A DNA stretch of 28,240 nt from Pseudomonadota bacterium (GTDB lineage Bacteria > UBA10199 > 2-02-FULL-44-16 > JAAZCA01), in NCBI GenBank assembly GCA_043822785.1, contig JBDRBN010000027.1, positions 1 to 28,240 of the forward strand, written 5' to 3'. Every line of letters starts with the position of its first letter. Position 1 is the first letter of the stretch. A model generated the notes under the pieces. That model worked only from the letters and a program-made list of their open reading frames with translations, searched no databases and was not told the origin of the DNA. The translations under genes were made by a program, and so were the position numbers. Of the stretch, positions 15,086 to 24,068 are shown piece after piece.

Positions 15086-18000
15086 ATGTTTGGTCTCATA
15101 CGAAGGATCGATAACAAATACCGTGTTATCAAACCCCTTGGTGGAGGGGGGTTTAGTGACGTTTATCTTGTGGAAGGGCCAAAGGGCAGGTGCGCGCTTA
15201 AGCTGCTCAAGGGTGATTTTGCTTCTCTAAAAAAGCCGGCGCTTGCGGAGTTCAAAAACGAGTTCTCCATACTCAAGGATATGCGACATCCAAACATCGC
15301 CTCTATTCTTGATTTTGGTTTTGATGAGGAACTCGAGCGCTACTACTACACATCTGAGATCATAGATGGGCGCGATCTCATAAAGGCTACGAAGGGCATT
15401 GAGTTAGAAAAGATAACAGATCTCTTTGTGCAGGCGCTAAGGGCGCTGGCTTATCTGCATTCATATCGCATATATCACTTTGATATAAAAGCAGCCAACT
15501 TACTCGTGATAGAGGGTGATAAGCCTTTGATCAAGATAATAGACTTTGGCTTAGCTGGCATCGATCCTAGAGGCAGACTCATCGGCACTCCTACCTACAT
15601 GGCGCCAGAGATCGTAGCGCGCGAGCATGCAGATGCCCGTGCAGATCTCTATTCCTTGGGCGTGCTATGGTATATGGCCATAACGCATAAGAATCCCTTC
15701 CGTGGCAAAACAAACGAAGAGACACTTTCTCGCCAGCTCAAGTTCATTCCTCCTTTGCCCTCGCACATCGTCTCTACAGTACCAGCCTGGCTTGACCAGG
15801 TGGTGATGAGGCTTTTGGAAAAAAATCCAGCAAACCGGTTTGCCTCTGCAGCTTCTGCCATAAGGGAGATAAACCGTCTGAGCGGAAGCGAGTATCCGCT
15901 TGAGACCAGGGAAACGCTTCTGTCATACCTGCCAGATGAGAGCAGGTTCGTAGGCAGAAATGAGGAGATCGATTTTTTAGAGATGGATCTTGTGCGCCTT
16001 AGAAAGAACATCGGTGCTTCAAGCGGCTGCATTGTTCGCGGTGCAACAGGCACAGGCAAGACAAGGCTTCTTAAAGAACTTAAATATCGATCCCAGCTTA
16101 AGGACATAAGAATATCATGGGCCAGTGCGCAGGAGCCCGATGTGTTTTCGTCGTGGTGCGATGAGCTATCTTCGCATTTGAATGAAGGCAAAGGTCTTGT
16201 CGCGTTTATGCTAGACGATGCTCAGGATGTGCTGCGCGATGAGGTAACAAGGGCCAAGCTCTTGGCGCTTTTGTCAAAGGCGCGCCGTGTGCGAGCTGAG
16301 TCGTCGGTGTGGATTTGTTTGGCTATGCGGCCGATAGAGGACGAGGCAACGCGCATGTCGATCGAAGCCTTGGTTCCGATCCATATCGATGTGAGGGCTT
16401 TCAATAGCGAGGAGATGTCAGAATACATCGTCTCGCTCACAGGTCTTGAAAGACCGCCTGAGCTTTTGCTCTCTGGCCTATTTGAGCGCACCGAAGGAAA
16501 CCCGCTGTTTCTGACCGAGCTTTTAAAATCTCTAATCGAGGGCGGAGGGCTGTTTGACGAGAAGGGCAGGTGGAATGCCGCCATATTTGAAGACATGGGT
16601 GTGGATTTTTCAAAGGCAGCGATTCCCAAAACTGTGGGAGATCTTCTGTTGGAACGCACGCGCGGCCTTTCAGATGAGGCAAGGTCTTTGTTGAAAACCC
16701 TTTCCGCAATAAATCATCCTGTGAGCGCAGCAGAGCTGGGTGGATATGCTGGCGTGCCCGATTCAGGACAGACGGTCATGGATCTTCTCTCACGCGGCAT
16801 ATTGGATCGATCAGAAGGATTTGCCGTGCGCTTTCATAATTCGCTTCTCGGTCAAGCGCTATACGAGAACATGCCTGAGCTACATCGTGAAAACATACAC
16901 GATAGCATAGCGAGCGCGCTCAAGAAAGCTGGCGCAGTATCAGATGAAATACTCGAACATATGAGTCTTGGTTCAGACAAAGGCGATGCATTTGATGCAG
17001 CTTTTACGCTAGGCGAAAAGGCGCTGATGTCAGGCAGGGGTGAGAAGGCAGCGAGCTACATAAACAGAGCGCTGGCGCATGTGAGTTCTGACGATGTTGA
17101 AAAGAGGGCCGAGGTTCAGATGAAGCTCGGCGAGGCATATCTCATAAGCCACGACTACACAGCAGCTACCGAACATTTCTCTGCTGTAGAAGCTCTAATC
17201 TCCGCATGCGCTGGAACCGAAGCCATGGCGCGCTGGCGTGCTGAGGTGTTAACTCGTTTGGGCGGCACGTACATCAAGATTCAGGAGTTTGATCGTGCGC
17301 GAGCAGCATTTCACGATGCCCGCAGTGCCATGAATCAGTCTGGCGGTGATGGAAGGCTTAAACTCACCATAGAGAACTTTTTAGGAAGCATAAAATTTTT
17401 GGAAGGTCATCTGGATGAAGCAAAGTGTATATTCACGGATACGAGGGATGGGGTCACGCATCTTACGCCAGATGAGGCAGAGCGCGTGACCAATAACGAT
17501 CTTGGAATGGTGCTGCTGGCGCAGGGCGATGCAGATGGAGCTGATAGGATTTTTAGACAGGACTTGGAGCGCGCGCTTAAGTTTGGAGATGATCTGCTGA
17601 TAGGCCGCGCCCATTACAACATCGCACAGCTCGAGTCTGCTCGAGCAAATTATGATGGCGCGATCGATGCGTATAAGCAATGCATCGAGGTCTGTCGCAG
17701 CTCGCACAATACCGAACTTTTGATCCGTGCCTATAATGGGCTTGGCAATACATATCAGATCAGTGGCGATTTTGATCAGAGCCTATCGTTTTATGAACGT
17801 GGCATTGCGCTTCACGAACGGACTGGCGATCTAAGAGGTGGAGCTGCCATAGCCATCAACATGGGCGTGGTCGAAGCAAAGCGCGGTGCCCAAGAAGCAG
17901 CTCTCGATCACCTTGTGCCTGCGGTGGAGTATCTCAGAACCCTTGCGGTAAAGACAGCCGCGGACCAGACAGCGCTCTCAAGAGGGCTTTTGGAGCTTGG

Positions 18001-20074
18001 CGATATTTCCAAAAATGCGGGTCAATTTGACGAGGCGCGAGCAAAGCTTGAAGAGGCAAGGGGCATAGCATCAAAGGTTTCGCAAGCAGCATCCCAGCGG
18101 TTTTGGATATTGGCGACGCTCGCTGAGGTCGCACATGCGCAAAAAAGGGAAGGCGAGCTCTCAGATCTCTTAGGCATGCTTGGCCCGCTGGCTACTGGAG
18201 ATAGCGAGCGCGCTATGCTCGAGAAGCTCAAGCAGGATTTTTCAATTTCAAAGTCAGAGCGCGAGGAGATAAAAGCGTCCCTGCCGCACCAGGTAGAGCA
18301 GGCCAACCGTTATCAAAGAATATTGGATATAAACAAACTCATCTCAGCGGAGAGCGATCTCGATTACGTTTTGAAGACAGTGCTCTATTATGCCTTGGAC
18401 CTTACCAAAGCCGAGGCGGGGGCGATTCTGCTCATCGACGACAAGGGAGAGATATCAGTATCATGTCAGCGCAACATGGAGGGCCGCGAGGAGGATGTAA
18501 GCTTTAGCAGTTCGCTCGCAAGAAAGGCTTTGGAGAGCGGGCAGCCGGTTCGAACCGACGATGCGATGGCTGATGATCGCTTTGCAAGCGAGGAGTCGGT
18601 GTGCTCCTATGGGCTTCGTTCAATTCTATGTTTTCCTGTAAAGGCGCGCAGGAGGGTGATCGGTGCGCTTTACTTAGAGAACCGCTATCAGGTGGGGGCA
18701 TTTGCATCTGCAGACATGGAACTTTTGGATGCATTTACCGATCAGGTTGGCCTTGCTATAGAGACCGCGCGGCTTTTGGCTACATCCGTACACAAGGAGG
18801 AGCTCTTATCGAGCGAGCTGGCCGAGGTATCGAGACGCGCCGAGCACTATGAGGAGCTTCTCAGGCAAGCGCCTGTGGAGTTTAAGTTTGACTATGGGGC
18901 GATTGCAGGAAGAAGCCCAAAGATGCAAAGCATACTTCGCACGCTGGACAAGATTGCAGACACTGAAATCTCTATATTCATCTGCGGTGAATCCGGCACA
19001 GGCAAAGAGCTCATCGCCAAAGCCTTGCACTTAAACCATTCCAAGCGCAACAGGGGCAGGTTCATCGCCATCAACTGTGGCGCCATACCAGCTACGCTCA
19101 TCGAATCAGAACTTTTTGGCTACAAGGCTGGCGCGTTTACCGGCGCGGGTCGCGATAAGAAGGGTTTGATAGAGGAAGCCAGCGGTGGCACGCTATTTTT
19201 GGATGAAATAGGAGAGTTGGAACCGGCTCTTCAGGTTAAGCTGCTTCGTGTGTTGCAAGAGAGGGAGTGCGTTCGCATAGGTGATACAAATCCTCATCCG
19301 GTAGATGTGCGCGTAATAGCAGCTTCAAATCGTGACATAGAGGGCATGCTCTCTGATGGTTCATTTAGAGAGGATCTGTATTATCGCATCTGCCAGATGA
19401 AGATCGAGGTGCCGCCTCTGCGCGAGAGGCTAGAGGATATACCTTTTTTGGTAGAGACATTTATTGCAAAGGCAGCAGGAGACAGAAAGCTTTCAGCATC
19501 GCCCAGGCTCATGCGGCGTTTTCTATCATATTCATGGCCAGGCAATGTGCGCGAGCTAGAAAATCTCATTCAAGTATGCTGTGCACTGGTAGAAGGGGAT
19601 GTGGTGGATGTGGGGGACATCCCTGGGAACCACCCCATAGCGCGAGGAGTGCATGCGCCTCTTACGCCCATCGTATCAGCCGAGAAGAAAAAGGAAGAAG
19701 CAAGACCCACTGGTGTTAAGATCGATGAAGCAAACGCTTATGACACGAGCAAGTCATGGAAGGATTATGAGCGCATCATCATGGCCAAGTGCTATGAGGC
19801 CAATGAGTTTAAGGCTAGGCCCACTGCCAAGGAGCTTGGTATTGCGCCCACTACATTCTACAGCCGCATAAAGGAGTATGGGCTCGATGATAGGGCAAAC
19901 GTATCTTATCAGGAAACATTTCAATACACGCGCGGCAAGACCATTGAACACTATTTGCCGCTTGTGTTCAAGGCGGCGCTCAAAGCCACCGATGGCAAGG
20001 CCAAAGACGCCATCGCAAACCTGCGCATAAGCCAGGGATATTTTTATAAGAAGATTAAAAACAGTGACCAGTAA
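15086..20074 (+). CDS. Ser/Thr kinase - P-loop NTPase - TPR - GAF - sigma54 enhancer-binding protein fusion
   Basis: Kinase (GGGGFSDVY, ALK, HFDIKAAN, DFG, GTPTYMAPE), NTPase (FVGR, GATGTGKT, MLDD, GNPLFL), TPR repeats, GAF (LRSILCFP..IGALYL), bEBP (GESGTGKE, GAFTGA, LFLDEIG, FREDLYYR, WPGNVRELEN) and C-terminal HTH. ATG 15086 with GAGG is preferred over TTG 15068. Confidence 0.92.
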   Translation: MFGLIRRIDNKYRVIKPLGGGGFSDVYLVEGPKGRCALKLLKGDFASLKKPALAEFKNEFSILKDMRHPNIASILDFGFDEELERYYYTSEIIDGRDLIKATKGIELEKITDLFVQALRALAYLHSYRIYHFDIKAANLLVIEGDKPLIKIIDFGLAGIDPRGRLIGTPTYMAPEIVAREHADARADLYSLGVLWYMAITHKNPFRGKTNEETLSRQLKFIPPLPSHIVSTVPAWLDQVVMRLLEKNPANRFASAASAIREINRLSGSEYPLETRETLLSYLPDESRFVGRNEEIDFLEMDLVRLRKNIGASSGCIVRGATGTGKTRLLKELKYRSQLKDIRISWASAQEPDVFSSWCDELSSHLNEGKGLVAFMLDDAQDVLRDEVTRAKLLALLSKARRVRAESSVWICLAMRPIEDEATRMSIEALVPIHIDVRAFNSEEMSEYIVSLTGLERPPELLLSGLFERTEGNPLFLTELLKSLIEGGGLFDEKGRWNAAIFEDMGVDFSKAAIPKTVGDLLLERTRGLSDEARSLLKTLSAINHPVSAAELGGYAGVPDSGQTVMDLLSRGILDRSEGFAVRFHNSLLGQALYENMPELHRENIHDSIASALKKAGAVSDEILEHMSLGSDKGDAFDAAFTLGEKALMSGRGEKAASYINRALAHVSSDDVEKRAEVQMKLGEAYLISHDYTAATEHFSAVEALISACAGTEAMARWRAEVLTRLGGTYIKIQEFDRARAAFHDARSAMNQSGGDGRLKLTIENFLGSIKFLEGHLDEAKCIFTDTRDGVTHLTPDEAERVTNNDLGMVLLAQGDADGADRIFRQDLERALKFGDDLLIGRAHYNIAQLESARANYDGAIDAYKQCIEVCRSSHNTELLIRAYNGLGNTYQISGDFDQSLSFYERGIALHERTGDLRGGAAIAINMGVVEAKRGAQEAALDHLVPAVEYLRTLAVKTAADQTALSRGLLELGDISKNAGQFDEARAKLEEARGIASKVSQAASQRFWILATLAEVAHAQKREGELSDLLGMLGPLATGDSERAMLEKLKQDFSISKSEREEIKASLPHQVEQANRYQRILDINKLISAESDLDYVLKTVLYYALDLTKAEAGAILLIDDKGEISVSCQRNMEGREEDVSFSSSLARKALESGQPVRTDDAMADDRFASEESVCSYGLRSILCFPVKARRRVIGALYLENRYQVGAFASADMELLDAFTDQVGLAIETARLLATSVHKEELLSSELAEVSRRAEHYEELLRQAPVEFKFDYGAIAGRSPKMQSILRTLDKIADTEISIFICGESGTGKELIAKALHLNHSKRNRGRFIAINCGAIPATLIESELFGYKAGAFTGAGRDKKGLIEEASGGTLFLDEIGELEPALQVKLLRVLQERECVRIGDTNPHPVDVRVIAASNRDIEGMLSDGSFREDLYYRICQMKIEVPPLRERLEDIPFLVETFIAKAAGDRKLSASPRLMRRFLSYSWPGNVRELENLIQVCCALVEGDVVDVGDIPGNHPIARGVHAPLTPIVSAEKKKEEARPTGVKIDEANAYDTSKSWKDYERIIMAKCYEANEFKARPTAKELGIAPTTFYSRIKEYGLDDRANVSYQETFQYTRGKTIEHYLPLVFKAALKATDGKAKDAIANLRISQGYFYKKIKNSDQ

Positions 20075-20085
20075 CCAGTGACCAG
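20061..20085 (+). repeat. Heptamer array ACCAGT(A/G) overlapping the kinase-bEBP stop codon
   Basis: acagtg accagta accagtg accag; it encodes the last residues and the TAA. Confidence 0.8.
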
Positions 20086-20087
20086 CG

Positions 20088-20123
20088 TGTCATTGCGAGG
20101 AGTGAAACGACGAAGCAATCTCC
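20088..20123 (+). repeat. REP-like element, left arm only (copy 3)
   Basis: TGTCATTGCGAG-gagtgaaacgac-GAAGCAATCTCC. Confidence 0.85.
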
Positions 20124-20136
20124 TTCAAGTCATTCA

Positions 20137-22614
20137 TTAGCCAGCTATAATCGGTGCAAGCCTTGTCTTTAACTCCGGATCCTTCTCAGCTGTGGAGGCG
20201 ATGAGTTTCTTTGCCTCTTGATTCTTCATGAGCGAGAGCGAGTTCACCGCTTGATCTCGAACCCTTTGAATAGGATCCTTTGCCAATTCAAGAAGCCGTT
20301 TAGCTGCGCGCGCATCATCATAGGTGCCAAGATATACGGTCATGAGCATACGCGTATTGGTGTTTTCGAGCTTGCTGTCTCGTATCAGGGCTTCGAGCAT
20401 AGTCTCGCTGTCAAACGATTTTAATGTAAACAGAGCGGCGCGCCTTACACTTAGATCTTTATGAACAAGAAATTGATAGACGATAGGAGCCGCTTTCTTC
20501 ACATTGAGCATCTTGACTGCCATGATTGTGTATTCGAAAAGGCTTGCTGGAGCAGGCTGCTTTAGCCTTTCAAATAGCAGCGGCACGGCACTGCGGCCGC
20601 CAAGGGCTGTTAAAGCCTGAGCGGTTAGAAGCAAGTCGGTTTCATTCTTTTCCTCCACGAGCAGTTTCTGAAGCATTGGTAGTGATTCCTGCGGCTTTCC
20701 GAATTTTGCGATGGAAAAGAGCGCCAAGGACTTTAATGTCACAGTTGCTTTGGCATTGTTTTGTGGAATCTCAAATTCCACAGGCGTTTCCACGGTGTGC
20801 TTCTTTTGGGCATATGCAGATATCATGATTGAATCATCGAGTATCGCGGCAACGACTTTCTTGCCATCAGAATAAAACGGATCATCTACATAATCCTTGA
20901 GTTTCTTATAGAGGATGGAGGCAACTTGTGGATCCCCTATTTCCACCAAAGTTTTGGCACACAAGAGTTGGACCATTGGGGATAAACTATCCAATCCTTT
21001 CCTATATGCTTTTTTTACTTCTTTTTCATTAAAGGTTCTAAATGTTTCATTTGGTGCAGACATAAGCCATGGCTTGATAAGGGGCCTGAGCGCTTGGTAT
21101 GCTGCCAGGTGAACCTCTTCCATGGGGTCAACGGCTATCATGCCAGGCAACCCTGTGACCGCGTCAGTTCCAGGTTTAATTTCGAAATATGCGGCATTGT
21201 CTTCAATCAAACGCAGTAAGAAGAGAACGGCCTTTTCCTTAAGAACCAATGGGGCTGCAACTGCCACGTACATGCGATCTTTTGTGATCGGGCTTTTGGC
21301 AAGCTTGCTGAAGGTTTCTTTAATCCAGTTGATATCTGCAGGCGCGAGATCTTTACTGTGCGCAGCAGCGACCATGACGGGTCCTCTCAGGTCGGGTAGT
21401 TCCTTTTCCAGCATAGCTAGGTGAGCTATAGATGGAATTTTGTCTGCATCATTTGTTGCGAGCAGAAGATTGTGCATCATAGGAACCAGCAGATCTAACC
21501 TTTGGCGCCATGCCCATTTCCAATTTTTTGTTTTGCTGTTCTCTACTACATATTCGACAAGCGGCTTAAGCGTATTTGGATCTTTGAGGCGCTCATTCAA
21601 GAGTTTTCCAACGGCTGTGATAGTATTGGAATCAAAGACTCGATTGAGGCCTTTGTTCTCAAGCATCAAGTCGATGAGCGAGACTAAGGCCTTTGGAGCA
21701 TCTTCAGGAAAATTTTTGAGCGAGGTTCTGAGCAGTCCGATGTATTCTTCGGCCCGTGTCTCTATCGAAGCGATCGCTTTGGCGCGATCATCTTCTTTGA
21801 TATCGTGGATGGCGCTGTCAGGCGAATCTAACAGTTTGCCAAACAGTATGCCTCGTTTCTCTACCCCCAGATCGCGAAGTCTATGTATGAGCACATCGGG
21901 GCTGGCGACTGGAAGCAGAGGTGCTGTATTGCTTGACGAATCGTCATCCGAGAGGGTCGTTTCAATTATTGCAGGTGGCTGCGGCCTTTGCTTTAGTAAT
22001 TTATAGGCTTCGGGATTAATTAAGCCAGGACTTCCGCTGACGACATAGCGGGGATCGATCGCATCATACTCGTCGTTTTCAAAGTGGACTAATTTTGGAT
22101 CCTCAGGCTGGGGTTGCCAAATGTGATCGAGGGGGTTCTCACGAGCAGATCTGAGGCAACTCGCCAGGTCGTCAATATCGTCAAAGGTTTTGGGTTTTTT
22201 TTCGGAATGTCTTTCCAAACAGAGATCTCTCAGTTTATCGGACGTCAGCGGTTTTATTATTTGGGCTGAGCGCACGATGTACGGGGCCATGGGGTCTAAT
22301 TTATTCTGCCGGGAGAGCGGATTTCCAAGTCCTTCATCCGCTGTGATCCCGTCCAGATAGAGTTCTGGTGAGGAAAAAACCCTATCTCCTGGTTGAGGCT
22401 TTTTGCGATTGGCTTTTATCGGACTCTTAAAAGCCGGAATGTATTCGTCCTTTTTACCGGTTCCCAATTCTATCTGGTAGTCCTCGCAGACCAGATGGGT
22501 TTCAATGAATTTTTCAGACTCATCTTTGGCAACACGGCAGTTGCTGCCTGTCACTCGATCCAAGAACTGGTCTTGGTTAAAGTAGGCTTCCAAAAGTTTG
22601 ATTCTTTCTCCCAT
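20137..22614 (-). CDS. Large hypothetical protein with C-terminal HEAT-like repeats
   Basis: Helical repeats such as VRRAALFTL, VRDQAVNSL, AQALTALG and CAKTLVEIGD. The Pro/charged N-terminal ~230 aa is unrecognised. AAGGAG RBS; no signal peptide. Confidence 0.75.
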   Translation of the reverse strand: MGERIKLLEAYFNQDQFLDRVTGSNCRVAKDESEKFIETHLVCEDYQIELGTGKKDEYIPAFKSPIKANRKKPQPGDRVFSSPELYLDGITADEGLGNPLSRQNKLDPMAPYIVRSAQIIKPLTSDKLRDLCLERHSEKKPKTFDDIDDLASCLRSARENPLDHIWQPQPEDPKLVHFENDEYDAIDPRYVVSGSPGLINPEAYKLLKQRPQPPAIIETTLSDDDSSSNTAPLLPVASPDVLIHRLRDLGVEKRGILFGKLLDSPDSAIHDIKEDDRAKAIASIETRAEEYIGLLRTSLKNFPEDAPKALVSLIDLMLENKGLNRVFDSNTITAVGKLLNERLKDPNTLKPLVEYVVENSKTKNWKWAWRQRLDLLVPMMHNLLLATNDADKIPSIAHLAMLEKELPDLRGPVMVAAAHSKDLAPADINWIKETFSKLAKSPITKDRMYVAVAAPLVLKEKAVLFLLRLIEDNAAYFEIKPGTDAVTGLPGMIAVDPMEEVHLAAYQALRPLIKPWLMSAPNETFRTFNEKEVKKAYRKGLDSLSPMVQLLCAKTLVEIGDPQVASILYKKLKDYVDDPFYSDGKKVVAAILDDSIMISAYAQKKHTVETPVEFEIPQNNAKATVTLKSLALFSIAKFGKPQESLPMLQKLLVEEKNETDLLLTAQALTALGGRSAVPLLFERLKQPAPASLFEYTIMAVKMLNVKKAAPIVYQFLVHKDLSVRRAALFTLKSFDSETMLEALIRDSKLENTNTRMLMTVYLGTYDDARAAKRLLELAKDPIQRVRDQAVNSLSLMKNQEAKKLIASTAEKDPELKTRLAPIIAG

Positions 22615-22625
22615 GAAAATCTCCT

Positions 22626-23891
22626 TTATTGCTGAGGAGGCGCAACATACGATCCGTTAGGAACATTGCCCGGCGCGTAAGTTTGTTTTATTTTCCAAAC
22701 AGGATCTACGAGCAGCCCTGCCCCAGGCAGTATGTTGTCTACAACTTGGGCCACCTGTGTTTGAGTGCTGATCTTGGGAGGACGCTGTCCGCCGAGGTTA
22801 AACAGGTTTACAGGGATGCCTTCCAGCCTGGCTTTTGCCTTGGCGTCTGACAGTGTAGAAGAATATGTTTTATCATCATAGAGGCCGTCCTCATCAGTGA
22901 GAACGATCACCTGTTGCGAATGGTCCTTAGCACCGAGAAGGCCAACGGCCTTTGCAGTTGCTAGGCCTACGGGTTCCACTCCTCCGCTAAAATGAATGCT
23001 GCTCAACATATGGATGAGACTGCTTCTGTTCTTAGGGTTCATCTCGGTCAAAGGCACCACTTGAATTCGACCTATGCCGTTGAACAGTACGAGACCAAAT
23101 CGGATTTTTTTAGCTCCGGCCTTTGTTAAACTATCAATGATCTGATCGACGCTTTGCACTACTAATGAGGCGGCTGGAATCATGCTCTCTGAGTGGTCGA
23201 TGGCAAAGACCACGTCCACCATGTTTCCGCTTATTCCGCTTGAAGAGGCCTGCGCTGTTGAAAGAATCGTGCCGACAAAAGCTGCTACCTTTCCATCAGG
23301 GTCGTTGATTTGCTTGATGAGGCCAGGCAGAGGATCGTCTACCTTAAAGTGGTCAGAGGTAATGCGCGCTAACTGCTGTGGCTCTTCTAGGGGCTTGGGC
23401 TGGCCGGCCCAGCGCTCTTGCGACCACCATGGTTTTGCAGGGAGCTTAAGCTCACCAATATCTAAAACCGGCGTCTCTTTTGGTTTTTCTGGTTTTGGAG
23501 GCTGCCCTTTTTGGGGTTGTCTGCGTCGAGGGGGTGTAAGCTTGGGAGGAGGCGGCTTTGGAGGTTCGATGCAACTCAATACACCATCATATTGCTCAAG
23601 TATGTATCCGCCTTTTGTCTCGCAATCAGCACGTTTGCACGCATCATAGGTAAGCGATTTCTCGATGTATTCGTTGATGCGATTGCTAAAGGCGTTGAAG
23701 TCTCCGAATCGGTTAAGCTCGCTGCCCCAGGGTTGGGTGCGGGCATAGTTAAAGTCTTCCTGTGTAAAGGAGTCATCAGTATGATCGCGGTTGGCCTTGA
23801 CGTTTAGATCGGCAAGCCATGCGCGCAGGGAGGTGTTTCCCTGATGCACAACACAATCTGGTATCTGGCTTATCCGATATAGATAAGACAT
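22626..23891 (-). CDS. vWA-domain protein with Pro-rich linker
   Basis: MIDAS VVFAIDHSESM (DxSxS), RFGLVLF, GGVE and IVLTD. PPKPPPPK linker and unrecognised ~110-aa N-terminus. AAGGAG RBS; no signal peptide. Confidence 0.8.
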   Translation of the reverse strand: MSYLYRISQIPDCVVHQGNTSLRAWLADLNVKANRDHTDDSFTQEDFNYARTQPWGSELNRFGDFNAFSNRINEYIEKSLTYDACKRADCETKGGYILEQYDGVLSCIEPPKPPPPKLTPPRRRQPQKGQPPKPEKPKETPVLDIGELKLPAKPWWSQERWAGQPKPLEEPQQLARITSDHFKVDDPLPGLIKQINDPDGKVAAFVGTILSTAQASSSGISGNMVDVVFAIDHSESMIPAASLVVQSVDQIIDSLTKAGAKKIRFGLVLFNGIGRIQVVPLTEMNPKNRSSLIHMLSSIHFSGGVEPVGLATAKAVGLLGAKDHSQQVIVLTDEDGLYDDKTYSSTLSDAKAKARLEGIPVNLFNLGGQRPPKISTQTQVAQVVDNILPGAGLLVDPVWKIKQTYAPGNVPNGSYVAPPQQ

Positions 23892-23944
23892 GTCTTAAAG
23901 CTCCTTTTACATGCTCCCCATTCATGCGATTTTCCCCTAAGAGT

Positions 23945-23973
23945 ATTATCGGCTGAAAAATGAAATTGTTTCG
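23945..23973 (-). promoter_or_regulatory. Sigma28 (FliA)-like promoter of the vWA-HEAT pair
   Basis: Minus strand CGAAAC-N14-GCCGATAAT, ~55 nt upstream of the vWA ATG, with the same architecture as 342-371. Confidence 0.6.
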
Positions 23974-24018
23974 GAGATTTTTGATTAAAATGAACAATTT
24001 TTGGTGATTTTTTCCCTA

Positions 24019-24060
24019 ACCCAAGTAAAACCCAAGTAAGACGGAGTATCTTACTTGGGT
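24019..24060. repeat. Direct plus inverted repeat upstream of the EamA gene
   Basis: ACCCAAGTAA at 24019 and 24030. Perfect 12-bp stem ACCCAAGTAAGA-cggagta-TCTTACTTGGGT at 24030-24060. Confidence 0.8.
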
Positions 24061-24068
24061 CGAATATT

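Noticed and set aside
15649..23807. Numerous 60-190 aa ORFs antisense or out of frame within long genes
   Set aside because: Shadow ORFs with no motifs, fully nested in well-supported CDSs.
22626..23891. vWA gene as part of a MoxR/vWA chaperone or ter-type stress cluster
   Set aside because: No MoxR AAA+, PP2C or ter genes are adjacent, and the nearby kinase is a convergent, separately organised bEBP fusion.
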